Assembly: GCF_000143415.4 (NCBI RefSeq)
Contig: NW_003314277.1
Coordinates: 69,426-133,425 of the forward strand
Direction: 5' to 3'
DNA: 64,000 nt
Origin: Selaginella moellendorffii
Lineage: Eukaryota; Plantae; Lycopodiophyta
Both the position numbers and the translations under genes were made by a program. Below the pieces are notes generated by a model. That model searched no databases and was not told where the DNA came from. It saw only the letters and a list, made by a program, of their open reading frames with translations. The first letter of the stretch is position 1, and every line of letters begins with the position of its first letter. Positions 19,803 to 35,300 of this stretch are shown in pieces.

Positions 19803-21833
19803 ATGCTCTCTTCTATGGTATTACGAGGCTTGGTGGACTCTTCCTCGTCTTCTTCTAGGGCAGCTCTCTCCGTGGGGGAGTGCGCGGCTCTTCTCCGGCA
19901 ATGGGGCAGCGCCAAGAATCTCCTCGAAGGCAGGAAGCTCCATGGATTTCTGCGCGACACCGGGCAAGACCAAGACACATTTCTTGGGAATCTCCTCGTC
20001 CAGATGTATGGGAGCTGCGGTAGCACGGATGAGGCATACGCTGCCTTCTCCAGGATTTCCAGGCGGAATGTCTTCTCGTGGAACATTTTAATCACAGCAT
20101 TTGCCCAAGACGGGCATTTGCAACGAGCGGAGATTTTGTTCCAGAAAATGCCCGAGCGTGATCAGGTCTCCTGGAATGTGATCATCGCCGCTTTTTCTCG
20201 GGCCGGCGACATCGATCGGATGCCCGGGCTTTTGGACGCGATGGAGCGGCAGGGAATCTATCCAAACAGGCTGACTTTCGTGGCTCTTCTCGACGCATTT
20301 GACCGCAGCGAGCTGGATCCATCACGATTTTCTGATGAAGGTAAGCTCCTTCACTCAAAAATCTCGCAGCATGGTTTCCATTTCGATCTCCAGATCCAGA
20401 CTGCTCTGATCAAAATGTATGACAGACTGGGGAGCGTCGAGAAAGCCATCGCGGTGTTTGATCGGATCAGCAGTCCAGACGCCATCGCGTGGAACAGTCT
20501 TCTATCAGCATTTGCTCGGAACGGAGATCTCGACGCCGCAAATGCTTTGTTCCAGCGAATGCCGGAGCGAAGTTTGGTGTCCTGGAACATCGCTATCGCT
20601 GCGAACCTCCACTGCGGCCGTGCAAAGACCGCTCTCTGGTTGCTCCAAGTTATGGATCTCGACGGTGGCGATACCGCAGATAGAGCAATCTTCATCACTG
20701 CTCTCTATGCTTGTGGAGTACTCGAAGAACTGAGACTGGGCGAAGCCATCCACGCCGAGATCGCTGCGTCCGGCCTGGAAACAGACGTTTGCATCGGAAC
20801 AGCGCTGATCAGCATGTATGGCAAATGCCACCGAGCTCTACTCGCTCGCCATGCTTTCGACAGGATCAAAGAGAAGAACCAGGTGGCTTGGAACGCGATG
20901 ATCACAGCATACACTCAAAACGGTCGCTTTGATCTTGCGAGGGGTTTGTTCGATCTCATGCCTGGATCAGACGTCGTGTCCTGGACGCTCATGCTCACGG
21001 AGTTCGTGCAGAAGGGACTTATCCGGGAAGCACGAGAGATCTTCGATCGAATTCCCGTCCGGGACACGGCTAGCTGGAACGCCATGATCTCAGCTCACGC
21101 AGGAAATGGAGAAAGCTTGCGAGCTATCGAGCTTCTAGCAAAGATGGATCTGGAAGGATTTGAGGCGGACAGAGCTACGTTTATCGGCGTCTTAGCATCT
21201 CACTTCGCTCCATCCGAGGCAAGGTTGCTCCAGGATTTGATATCCAGCTCGGGTTGTCGCAGCGATAGCTCAGTCGCCACCGCACTTGTGAGCATGCACG
21301 GCCGATCTGCTCGCCTCGCCACCGCGCGCGAGATCTTCGATGCGACTCGCGAGAAGAACGTCGTGCTGTGGAGCGCGACAATTGGGATCTACGCCGACAA
21401 TGGACTCTTCGACGCGGCCATGGAGCTCTTCTTCCGGATGTGCTTGGAAGGCGTGCATCCAAACGACGTTACGTTCGTGAGCATTCTCTCGGCGAGTGCT
21501 CACGCGGGGGACTTGAGCAACGCGAGGCAGTGGTTCTTCTCGGTGGCGACGGACTTTGGGGTGGCGTATACCAGGGATCACTACGTTTGCATGGCGGACA
21601 TGCTAGCGCGTTCCGGCCTCATGGATCAAGCACGGGAGCTTGTGGGTGATATGCCGTTTGTGCCGGACAGCTGCTCGTGGAAGACGGTGCTCGCTGGATG
21701 TTTAGTCGCGGGGAGCTTGAAGCAAGCCGAGAGAGTTGCTTGCAGTGTGATTGAATGTGAGCCGGAGGACTCGTCGTCATATATCATGCTGTCAAACATC
21801 TATTCCGCAGCGAAGGACCAAATTCTTGTCTAG
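19803..21833 (+). CDS. PLS-class PPR protein with E domain, intronless
   Basis: Long ORF (first ATG 19803) of PPR motifs ending HYVCMADMLARSG...MPFVPDSCSWKTVL...SSYIMLSNIY. Confidence 0.92.
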   Translation: MLSSMVLRGLVDSSSSSSRAALSVGECAALLRQWGSAKNLLEGRKLHGFLRDTGQDQDTFLGNLLVQMYGSCGSTDEAYAAFSRISRRNVFSWNILITAFAQDGHLQRAEILFQKMPERDQVSWNVIIAAFSRAGDIDRMPGLLDAMERQGIYPNRLTFVALLDAFDRSELDPSRFSDEGKLLHSKISQHGFHFDLQIQTALIKMYDRLGSVEKAIAVFDRISSPDAIAWNSLLSAFARNGDLDAANALFQRMPERSLVSWNIAIAANLHCGRAKTALWLLQVMDLDGGDTADRAIFITALYACGVLEELRLGEAIHAEIAASGLETDVCIGTALISMYGKCHRALLARHAFDRIKEKNQVAWNAMITAYTQNGRFDLARGLFDLMPGSDVVSWTLMLTEFVQKGLIREAREIFDRIPVRDTASWNAMISAHAGNGESLRAIELLAKMDLEGFEADRATFIGVLASHFAPSEARLLQDLISSSGCRSDSSVATALVSMHGRSARLATAREIFDATREKNVVLWSATIGIYADNGLFDAAMELFFRMCLEGVHPNDVTFVSILSASAHAGDLSNARQWFFSVATDFGVAYTRDHYVCMADMLARSGLMDQARELVGDMPFVPDSCSWKTVLAGCLVAGSLKQAERVACSVIECEPEDSSSYIMLSNIYSAAKDQILV

Positions 21834-22469
21834 CTAATTTCCTGGCGGCAAGCTTTCAACTTTGGAGGAGCTAGAAAAGGTAAGCTTCCATTGTTTCGTG
21901 ATTTCACTGTAACATCCAATTCTACAGGAAGATAAGCATCAGTACACCTTCGTGGACTTCTGGAAGAAGGTATTAAGATGTTTTGGATATTGCTGGATTC
22001 TTGGTGCAGCAAACCTTTGACTTTCCACTCTCGCAGCCCACTAACTTCAGTTGCTAGATTTCTCAATAGGATATCGCGGTAAGATTTCTTGACTTTCTAG
22101 CAGCGTTTCCCAAGCTTGTCGGCAGATCTATGCGGTAGATCGGTCATTTTGGTCGCCCAGAAGTGGTGCAGTAAAGTGAACTTCTCATGGTTACATCTAA
22201 GAGGTAAAGTGCGTTTCTTCAAAGGATACTTTTTTGGTCCAGCACACATTTGACTTGCGACTTTCTATGCACAGCCACCAACTTTTAGCAGGCCGAGCTC
22301 TCGGTTTAAATGTTATCCGCAGCAGCAGCAGCAGCACTCTCATCTTCAGGAAACTCGCTTCACTTCATCCGGGAAAAGCTAGAACAAGCTCTTTCTTGAT
22401 CGTGGTATGTGATTTCACGAGTGAAAGCTTTGATATCTGTGTTCACTAATTCGTGAAAATCTAGCAAAG

Positions 22470-23856
22470 ATGGCCTCGCGCTTGAACGTCTACGCCGAGA
22501 AGCCAATGACTATCAAACCGGCGCGTCCCACCAAGAACCAGACCATATTTCTCAGCAACTTGGACCAGCAACTCTTCTTCCACGTCGAGATGCTTTTCAT
22601 GTACGATGTCCAGTCCCCGGACACGGGAGACGTGGTGGACAACGTACGCAACGCTCTCGCCGAAGCTCTCGTTCCATACTACTTCGCGGCGGGGAGATTC
22701 AGAGTGAACGAGCAAGAGAAGAGGCTTGAGGTGGAGTGCAATGGAGCCGGGGCAGACTTTGCCGGGGCCTACTGCGATTCCACCATCGCCGAGCTGGGCG
22801 ATTTGCGAATTCCCAATCCAGACTTCCGGAAGCTGCTCGTTTACCCGGTTGATGTAAAGAGGATCGAAGATATCCCCTTGTTCTCTATCCAGGTAAGCCA
22901 GAACTTCCTCTCTTTTCATTCTTTCTTTGTTCTTATCGCTCTTCTTTGTGTTCTTGAAGGTGACGAGATTCAAATGTGGGGGATTCATTGTCGGGATTTA
23001 CACCAGCCATATCGTGTTTGATGGGATTTCGGGATGCCAGTTCTTCAGCGACATCGGCAGGATCTCTCGCGGCGAGTCCATCGCGGCCAAGGCAACCATG
23101 ACTCCCGACAGGACGACCCTCCGCTCGCGGTCGCCACCGAGAATCTCCTACGCCCACCCGGAGCTCATGAGTCTCCCGGACATTCCCGCGAGGCTGCTCT
23201 TCAACCCGGCCTCGTACGACGTCTCCAAGCCCCCAGTGCACGCCTTCAAGACGTTCTCCTTCTCTCTCGCGCAGCTCGATCTTCTCAAAAAGAGAGCTAT
23301 TGAGGGAGGAGAGGTCTCCCGCTGCTCCACTTTTGAGGCCCTCACAGGCCACGTCTGGAAGGCACGCACCACCGCTCTTGGGATGGACCCATCCTCCAGG
23401 GCCAAGCTCTTCGTGGCGATGAACATCCGGGACAAGCTCAAGAGCCCGGCGCTGCCCGACGGCTTCACGGGCAACGCGGTGGTGGCGGCGCCGTGCGTTG
23501 ACACGACCGTTGACTCGGTAGTCAATGGTTCGCTGTCGCTGTGTGTGCGCAAGGTCCGGGATGCAATCGCGAGCGTGAACGAGGAGTACATCCGGTCGGA
23601 GATCGACTGGTGCGAGGTCAACGGGCACGGGATCATTGACCTGCCCGGCGGCATGATCATCACACCCTGGTCAAAGCTGCCTTTTGATGGCGTTGACTTT
23701 GGATGGGGGGCGCCCACGTACATCGCGGCCCCGGTCAACGACAGGCCCGAGTACGTGCTGGTGCTGTCCAGCTGCAAAGGGGATGGCGGCGTGGACGTGT
23801 TCATGGCGATGGAGTTTCACAAGATGAGAAAGCTGGAGGAGTGCCTCAGTATCTGA
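22470..23856 (+). CDS. BAHD acyltransferase; exons 22470-22892 and 22960-23856
   Basis: HxxxD motif (HIVFDG) and DFGWG motif. The single intron falls at FSIQ|VTRFKCGG. Confidence 0.93.
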
Positions 23857-24619
23857 GTGTTTTGTTTGTACAGTAAGATTCTATAATCTGTCAGCAAGTG
23901 GAAGTATTTGTATACTTTATCTGGTACAACAGCGAGGTCAAAGCCCCGCTCATGATCATCCATTGAAAGAATTCAGCTGTTCTTCTCGCCCGCCAAGGCC
24001 GAAGTCGCGAGAAGAAGCGGGACCTTGGTGGATCAAACTGTCTGGCGGACACGATTCGCTAAAGGAGATTAATGGTTTCTTTTTCTTTTTCTGACGGATT
24101 TATACACACTACAGTGACAGAACTTTCAGGCATTTGGACGGAGCTAAGACATGTTACTGCTCGTGGATCAGCCCGTCCACTTCTCACAAAATCGTTCAAG
24201 ATCAGCTCGTCGCAAAGGAAAACAGAGCTTAGAGCAGCTTTTCGCGGTTCCAGAGTTTCTGGTGGGGATTGACTGGTTTGCATTTGGAGTAGCAGCAGAG
24301 GTTTTCAAGATCTGGAGCAGAGGACGAAGCAATGTATGTCTCGAGCAGTTAAGGGGACGAGGAGTCCCTCGAAAAATGATGAGAGATCTATACTTGAGGA
24401 AGGACTCGTGGCGAAAGTGAAAAGAATCGCAAGCATTCTCGTCTTTGATGAAGAGTTGACTCCAACAGTGTTGAGAATGGAAGAGTGTCGGATGAGTAAA
24501 GGAGACCTCGGTCTAATTCACTCCGCAAACGAGGGTATATTCTTACCATTTGAAATATAAATATTTGACTAGCCCACAAGCACGGGTTGGGATATGGCTG
24601 CGTCCGTCGGCGCCAGGGC

Positions 24620-27613
<2,994 letters not shown>

Positions 27614-27752
27614 ATATGTGTACAACAATGATTCATCATGCTTAAACCGTAATAACAACTTACTATGTGAAACAGCCATTTTCACTTCAATGGAGAGCTA
27701 CAAACCTCGTACACAAGGCTAAATTCTTACGCGGCAAAAACAATGCGATAAA

Positions 27753-29693
27753 ATGGCCTCTATACAATCGAGCACGGTTACGATCTGTGATTATGCCAGG
27801 AAAGGGCAATTGCCAGAAGCGAAACGTGTTTTTGAAAGAATGCCTCAGCTAGATACTGCATGCTGTAATGCAATGCTCGCGGCTTATTCACGATACAGAT
27901 TGCTAGATTTAGCCCATCAAACCTTTGAGAGCATACCTCAGCCGAATCTCATTTCATGGTCCACCATTATCTCTGCTTATGCCCAAGCTGGGCATCTTGA
28001 TAGCGCCCGAGAACTGCTTCATCTTATGCCTTTGCACAATCTTGTGCCGTGGACTGCGATGCTCGCAGCGTACGCTCGAGCCGGCTCGCTCTCTCTAGCA
28101 GAGCATATCTTTGAGATGATGCCCGAACGAGATCTTGTATGCTTCAATACTTTGCTTGCGGCCTATGCCACGCTCGGGCTCGTAAACCAGGCCGAGAGAT
28201 TCTTTCATGAAATGCCCCAGCGAGATCTTTGCTCGTGGAATAGTCTACTTTCCGCAATGGCCATGCCAAATGATGCCCAAAAGGTTTGGGAGAATATGCC
28301 CCAGAGAAATCTAGTTTCTTGGAACACAATGCTGGGTCTCTACTTAGATTGCGGTAAATTGGATGCCGCCAAGCTGGTGTTTGAGGACATGCCGGAGGGG
28401 AATCTAGCAGCGTGGACTTCCATGATCAGAGCATATGCCGACGCCGGATACCCAGAATATGCTCAAAGTATTTTTCTACAGATGCCGAAGCACGACCTCG
28501 TGGCATGGAATGCTTACCTGGCTGCGTATAGTAACAATGGTCATGTAGATCAGGCAAAGAAAATATTTAATAGGATGCCATGGAGAGATATAGTGTCGTG
28601 GACAACCATAGTTGTCGCAGCTGCCCAGTATGGGTATTTGGAAGAATCCTTACGATTGCTGTATTGCATGCCGTACTGGAACACTTTGGCGTGCAATGCC
28701 GCGCTCGCAGCCTTGGCGAAAGCTAATAGAATGCAGAAATTAGAAATCATGATCGATTATATTTTTGAAAAAGATATTGTAACGTGGAACATACTTTTGA
28801 CTGCTTTTGCCACGAATGGGGATTTTGAGCGAGTCATGGACCTTTTCAATTCTGCGTTCGAGAAAAATATGGTATCCTGGAATATTGTGGTATCCTTTCT
28901 TGCTTGCAAGGGCCAATTAGAGGAAGCGAGAATCTATTTTGAGACTATGCCGGAGCAAAACACTGTACCATTATGCGCATTAATTTCTGCATACGCCCGA
29001 ATGGGGCACCTAGACGAGGCAAAACAACTTTATAGAGCTGTACATATTGAGAGCACTGAAATAAAAACGGCAATGATCAGCGCGTTTGCAGAAAATGGCT
29101 GTGTAGAAGACGCCAAATACCTGTTTGAAAGTGGTACAAATCATGATTTGGTGTCGTGGACTGCTTTTATGACCGCATTTGCCATTAATGGGCATTTTTG
29201 TCATTGTGGGTCCTTGTTCCTGCGTATGCCCGAAAGGGACGTGGTTGCATGGACCACACTGCTTGTAGCTTACGCACAGAACGGCAGGTCCGACGAGGCA
29301 CTATACGTTTTCCACTCCATGAACGCCATGGACGTGTCCGTGGATGGATGCTTTGGCTGTGCGCTCGTGGCATGCAGCCACGTTGGCAGCGTCTACGCGG
29401 CAAGATCTTGCTTCGTGTCGATAGAGATGGACTTCCATGTACAGCCCGTGAAGCTCCACTTTCGGTGCATGATCGATGTCTTGGGGAGAGCCGGGTATTT
29501 GCATTCTGCCCAGGAGCTGCTCAAAACCATGCCCTTCGAGCCCGAGACTGGGGACTGGAAGTGCCTCTTGGGGGCATGTAGGAGCTGCAGATCCTCCGTT
29601 GAGTTTGGGAATTTCGTTGCCAAGAATGTCATTGACAAGGATCCGAGAGGAGCTGCTGGTTATGTCCTTGCAGCCAACATGATCGTCTCTTAG
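27753..29693 (+). CDS. PLS-class PPR protein dominated by short 31-aa (S/SS) motifs, with E domain
   Basis: 646-aa ORF with a repeated F..MP.(R/H)(D/N)LV.W..ML.AYA pattern, ending HFRCMIDVLGRAG...GYVLAANM. Confidence 0.9.
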   Translation: MASIQSSTVTICDYARKGQLPEAKRVFERMPQLDTACCNAMLAAYSRYRLLDLAHQTFESIPQPNLISWSTIISAYAQAGHLDSARELLHLMPLHNLVPWTAMLAAYARAGSLSLAEHIFEMMPERDLVCFNTLLAAYATLGLVNQAERFFHEMPQRDLCSWNSLLSAMAMPNDAQKVWENMPQRNLVSWNTMLGLYLDCGKLDAAKLVFEDMPEGNLAAWTSMIRAYADAGYPEYAQSIFLQMPKHDLVAWNAYLAAYSNNGHVDQAKKIFNRMPWRDIVSWTTIVVAAAQYGYLEESLRLLYCMPYWNTLACNAALAALAKANRMQKLEIMIDYIFEKDIVTWNILLTAFATNGDFERVMDLFNSAFEKNMVSWNIVVSFLACKGQLEEARIYFETMPEQNTVPLCALISAYARMGHLDEAKQLYRAVHIESTEIKTAMISAFAENGCVEDAKYLFESGTNHDLVSWTAFMTAFAINGHFCHCGSLFLRMPERDVVAWTTLLVAYAQNGRSDEALYVFHSMNAMDVSVDGCFGCALVACSHVGSVYAARSCFVSIEMDFHVQPVKLHFRCMIDVLGRAGYLHSAQELLKTMPFEPETGDWKCLLGACRSCRSSVEFGNFVAKNVIDKDPRGAAGYVLAANMIVS

Positions 29694-29805
29694 TTCTAAG
29701 CTAGAGTCGATGAGTTCTAAAGATCTCAAACTTCGACCATCAGTCGTGATGGTTGTTCAATTGTTCATGGCTATCGATTCTCGGCAGCACGAAAAGTAAC
29801 AAAGG

Positions 29806-30780
29806 CTATGGCATTAGCATAGCATCCACTCTCTCTTCCAGCTCTTTGGCAACCAGTGTTTGGATCCCAGGGAGCGTCCAGTGCAGCACCCGGTTGCCAA
29901 AAAACATCCGGAGGAGACCCGAAACAAGAAGCTTGTCATTGGCGCTTACCTTGCGCGCCACCGGGAAGCTCAGAATGCTGCTCTCGTAGCCGTGCTGTCA
30001 CAAACAATCGCTCCTACGAGCAGCAGTCTTATCTTCTCAGTCACAGGCGAGAAGCTGCGTTCGATCTCCTCGCTGTGCACGAGCCTGGCGTTGAGTGCCC
30101 TGGCCGCCTCCTCGGTTCGCAGCCTCACTCGTTCCTCCAGCTCCACCAACAAGCTCTTCTTGTCTGGATAGCGCTGGAAGCTCTCCCAGAGGAGCTTGGC
30201 ACTACCGCTTTTGATCGTCCCTTTGGATTCAAGCTGACGTCTGAATTCCTTGACGCTGCTGCTCGAGATCTTGTTTCCGGGCTTGCCGGGCTTGACCATC
30301 ACGTAGCCGAGAGGATGGAACTCTGCACAGCCCCACCAGCCATCGCCGAGCACCAGGCAGTGGAGCCTGTTTGCCGACGAGTTCCTGATCGCTGTCCCCA
30401 TGCCCGCCTGGCTCGGTGCCTGGTACATACAGTCCGGCCACTTGGTTTCGTCCCGCCCGCCTTGCACGACGACAAGAACAGCGCTGGGAAGACTCTTGTC
30501 TAGCTTGAAATCGTAACTGTAGCATTTGATCACGCCATTAAGCTGCTGCTCGCAGCGAGCGGAGGTGGCTTTGCCTTTGTACTTCCGTGGTTCTCCGTCG
30601 ACGGGCTTTGGAGAGAATCGCGTGAGTAAGTTGGAGAGCAAAGCCGTGAGGAGCCATGCCCGCGTAGTTCTTTTGAGACTGCCGTAAGCGCTGCCGTGCC
30701 TTTGGATCTCAAAAAGAAGCTCACTCTTCGCTCACGAGGGCGCCATCGCCACCTGGACCAGCGCTGCTGTGTGGCTCCAT
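29806..30780 (-). pseudogene. Frameshifted copy of the orphan REase-like gene
   Basis: Deletions near 30725-30770 and a frameshift near 29990 relative to the intact copy at 52298-53377. Confidence 0.85.
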
Positions 30781-30983
30781 CAAGTTTTTAGGGTTCTTGC
30801 GGGCGGGAATCTCCGTTGGAGCTTGAGAACTCTAGCGTGATGAAGCCACAAGAATCTTGTCAATTTCGATTCGAAAGAGCATCGTTCCCACGCAGCAATC
30901 TTTGTAACGAAGCAGGATAACTTGGATGTAGTAAGTGTAGTGAAGTGAAAATCTAGAACAGTTTAAACTACGATGGAACTATT

Positions 30984-31743
30984 TTACATCATGTGAAATA
31001 CTGGAGTCTTGGTGAAAAACTCGGTGATCACCAAGGCGAGGAAGCCAAGCATCGCGGTTCGCCCATTCCAGCGCTCCGCCATGGCTCTAAATGGCCCAAG
31101 CGATCTGCTGTCCGGGCTCTCGCCCTTAAACATGGGCACCAGCGACGCGTACGCGAATAGCTGTGCCACCGCCAGAAAATGGAAAAGACCAGTGCTCCCC
31201 GGCGAGTAGAGCTGCTCCGCCACCGTTTGTCCCGTCATTCGCTCCACCGCGAATGCCCACACCAATCCTACCATTGCCTGTTTGACAAGTTCACGTTACT
31301 TACTTGGTTGATCTAGAAAAAAACGCGAAGAAAAATCACCAATCGCTTACCAGTCTTCCGTTGATCGTTTCCGGGCCGGCTCCATCGAACGCCATCAAGC
31401 TGGGGAACGATCGATCGCCAGTCTCTGGTCGCCTCTCGACCTCTGGCCTGGGATAGAATGATCCGGACGATGGGACGGCTCCAAACACGGAGCGCTTCTC
31501 CGACTCGTTCTCGGCCTGGTTCTTGAGCACCTCCTCGCGGGTGATCTCCTTCTTGGTGCCGTCGAGAACGCCACTGATGCCGCCATCGCCACCATCCCTT
31601 GATTTGTTCGAGGACGCTCTTACTACTACTAGATTTCTTGTCCCGATGGAGCTTGTGGATGATTGCGATTGGACATGGATCTTGTTGGAGATGAGCGAGG
31701 AAGAAGAGAGAGCTGCGATACCGCTGCCTGTGACGAGTGCCAT
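30984..31743 (-). CDS. ELIP: ELIP copy 2 (intron 31278-31350)
   Basis: Same two-exon structure and LHC motifs as copy 1; reading frame intact. Confidence 0.92.
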
Positions 31744-31822
31744 TGTTTTGAGCTGGGAGCTAGCTAGAAAAAAATTCAACAGTGCAACAATGAGCTACTT
31801 TCTTTGGCAAATGACACACAGG

Positions 31823-31935
31823 TATTTATACGGAGTGGGGATTGTATAACGTGGCAAATTTGACTTTCCATACGTGGCAAAATTGAGGTCTCGGCTCGTG
31901 TCCACTGTATGTGTCGCATCTTGTGCGGTGAAAAT
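31823..31935 (-). promoter_or_regulatory. ELIP copy 2 promoter: TATA box plus two ABREs
   Basis: TATAAATA (-) at 31823-31830; ACGTGGC at 31849-31855 and 31872-31878. The same doublet lies upstream of copy 4 (~54451-54480). Confidence 0.7.
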
Positions 31936-32229
31936 GGCCACAGGTAAAAGTTCTCAAGGTGTGATATTTTTGAACTTTCGTTTCATTTCACCATTAGCAC
32001 AGCAGGATGTTGTTTTTTTTCTGAAACAATTGTCTGTATATAGTTATGTATGACATGTTTAATAAGCAAGATCTAATCATGCTGGAGGTCTTGATGGACT
32101 TGCAAAAAAAGTGGCAAATGCCAAGGAAGGTTACTTGAGAGCATGTCTACTTGACTATCTCTCCTGTATATCACGAGAAAGAAAAAGAAACGAGTTGAGA
32201 GAAACAAAAGAGAAAATCATGGAAAACTC

Positions 32230-32460
32230 ATACAGTCTTGAAGAACCAAAATGCAGTCTGTGTTCGCAAGATGGTAAAGAGCTTGTGAGCCACAGTACTG
32301 CCTTGAATGCTCGCTTATATTTTCTTGTGATTCTCTCCGTGGCACCAAACCATCGATTGAGGCAATTGCTTCGTCTAGAACCACAATCTCCGTTCTGTTC
32401 CTTGCCAGACAAAGTAGCTGCTTTTCACCCATGCTACAATTCTCCCCACTTCCAGCACTA
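32230..32460 (-). pseudogene. ABCC/MRP transporter NBD2 fragment
   Basis: GENCSMGEKQLLCLAR...IVVLDEAIASIDG matches the ABC signature/Walker B region of ABCC NBD2; frameshifted. A related stretch starts again at ~63940. Confidence 0.7.
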
Positions 32461-34540
32461 TGAGTTATAATACCAACATGATCAGTGGAGGCTTTAGAAA
32501 ATACCAACAGAACATACTAACTTCAGAATCTGAACCTTCTCAGCATTGATTGTTACCAATTTTGGCACCTTCCAGATTTTCTTTAGAATATTCTAATTTT
32601 GTTTCCGATTTTAAGACTAAAAAAAAAACATCACACACATTGTGAGGGCCAAGCCAAGCACTCACAACATGAAATAAGTTAATATTAACGAGGTCAAAAG
32701 TACACTAAAGGTTCACACTTTCACTCGATAAAGTTGTCCAGCTTACACTAAAGTTTGTTTAGCAAGCTTGCTTACTTGGCCATCATCTCTTGAAATGCCT
32801 TTGATTTTACACCACCATCAAAGAGTTGCAAGCGACACAAGGCCATGACTTCCAAAGTGTCACTGCATTGTTAGTAATATAGAAAAAAAACATTTTACAC
32901 AAAATAACTGCTGTTTATCTTTTAATTTCCACTTTTCTTGTGCTTCTTTCATCTTGCACTAGATGAAAGCCTCCTCAATAGGACTGTTTTCCATCTTTCT
33001 GTGAGAAGGCCTAAGTAGAGGGCTCTTGGAACTGGGCAAAAGCTTCTTAGCTCTTTTAACATTCTTGACATGCCCAGGCTCTTTCCATGTGAGGTAGCTC
33101 GACTTATCATAAACCTGTGTGCTATTTAGTATGCTACAAATACCTTCCACACTGGCTACTTTGCTGCGTCTAGAGTTTTTCTCAATGCTGTATCAAGAAA
33201 AATCTTCTTGACAGCTTCCTTTGCTTCTCTCTTGATTCAAGGGATTGTCAGGACCGAGACTGACACCCCAGAGTTCAAATGCTGGGCGAGTTTTAAACCA
33301 GCACATCTGTATAGAGAGGAACTTTGTCTTGTAAAATCAAATAAAAAACAAATATTGCACTCATGATAACAACAATCATGAATGTTGATTCATATTAGAT
33401 TTGAGACAAAAAAGTGCTTTTTAATAATAATGAAAAAATCTATAAGATGACCAAAATAAACTTGCAATTATCTATATAGGAATCAAGCCCAAAAGATTAT
33501 AAGAATTTTAAAGAATCATTGTATTGGATTTAGTAGATTTGTGTGAATTATTTTTAAGTTGCACTTTTTCTATTTATTATAAACATATACATTTATGGAA
33601 AGGAGTTAGTGCAATTTTTTTTCTTTTTTACCAATTAGTAAATAATACCCTAGTGAGCATCATGAATTTATAAAAACAACTTACAAAGCTAAACAAATTA
33701 AAGACATGCAAATATCTTGGCAAGTACTTTCATTAACATCTACATTTAAAATGCCATATTTTTTAAAAGTAAGAATGATAATATTTTTACTTTCCATTCT
33801 TTTTTCAGCCCACTAGATGAAAAAAACATATGGAGCTGAATTAATGTATACCAAATTCCTTGGGCATCATTGATTTTCTTTACAAAAAAAAAAGCAAATA
33901 AAATGAACTCAATATGGAAAGCAATCAACAGGCTATTACAATAATAGTTCCATCATCCATCACTCAAAGCAAGGGAAGTTACATATAAGCAAAAACAAAT
34001 CTTCCCCCACTCTGTTTAACAGAGTCTAATGAATGTTCACTCTTTCTTAACGATACTTTTTGAAATAAATGGGTAAGAATCAATGGATATTATTTTTTTT
34101 TCCGAATGCTCAAAATCTAAAGCTTCCAACCTATATGTTTATATTTATACTTATCTAAAATTTTAAAGAGTTCAGTTTAGCTAGCTTAAACTTTAGTCAG
34201 AGAAGTGAACTCGATCAACACCATGCCATCACAACTCCACTGGTTATTCTCAGGATAGTTGTTCTTGAATGCCACAAGGTCACCCTAATTTTGAGGAGCC
34301 ACAAGCTGAGTAAATAGAAACGTCAAAACTGTGTCGGTGCTGAAGGGTCAAATGAAAGAGGGCATAAACCCTCATGCCAATTTTTATAAAACCAATCGTA
34401 CAAGCAGTTCCTGTGCATAATCAAGATGCCCGACTTGGGCACTATGGTGGAAGTGTATAAGTAGCGAGCATTACATTCCAGCAGGCAGGATCAAGCTCTG
34501 GCATTCTTTCAAATAATGGCAATTACGTTTTAAGTAAAAT

Positions 34541-35300
34541 TTACATCATGTGGAACACTGGAGTCTTGGTGAAAAACTCGGTGATCACCAGGGCGAGGAA
34601 TCCAAGCATCGCTGTTCGCCCATTCCAGCGGTCCGCCATGGCTCTAAACGGCCCAATTGATCTACTGTCGGGGCTCTCGCCCTTAAACATGGGCACCAGC
34701 GACGCGTACGCGAAAAGCTGTGCCACCGCTAGGAAATGGAAAAGACCAGTGCTCCCCGGAGAGTAGAGCTGCTCCGCCACCGTTTGTCCCGTCATTCGCT
34801 CCACTGCGAATGCCCACACCAATCCTACCATTGCCTGTTTGACAAGTTCACGTTACTTACTTGGTTGATCTAGAAAAAAACGCGAAGAAAAATCACCAAT
34901 CGCTTACCAGTCTTCCGTTGATCGTTTCCGGGCCGGCTCCATCGAACGCCATCAAGCTGGGGAACGATCGATCGCCAGTCTCTGGTCGCCTCTCGACCTC
35001 TGGCCTGGGATAGAATGATCCGGACGATGGGACGGCTCCAAACACGGAGCGCTTCTCCGACTCGTTCTCGGCCTGGTTCTTGAGCACCTCCTCGCGGGTT
35101 ATCTCCTTCTTGGTGCCGTCGAGAACGCCGCTGATGCCGCCATCGCCACCATCCCTTGATTTGTTCGAGGACGCTCTTACTACTACTAGATTTCTTGTCC
35201 CGATGGAGCTTGTGGGCGATTGTGATTGGACATGAAGCTTGTTAGAGATGAGCGAGGAAGAAGAGAGAGCTGTGATGCTGCTGCCTGAGACGAGTGCCAT
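34541..35300 (-). CDS. ELIP: ELIP copy 3
   Basis: Intact two-exon gene with the same motifs; ABRE at 35420-35426. Confidence 0.92.

Larger units (their letters stand above)
27616..31952. repeat. Segmental duplication unit A (PPR + orphan REase-like + ELIP)
   Basis: Colinear with and highly similar to 50207-54554, including intergenic DNA. Confidence 0.9.

Noticed and set aside
23900-24560. Short ORFs between the BAHD and AAE genes
   Set aside because: No coherent gene model or homology recognised.
32950-34380. Exon-like minus-strand segments downstream of ELIP copy 3
   Set aside because: Coding-like but stop-ridden and unassignable by eye.
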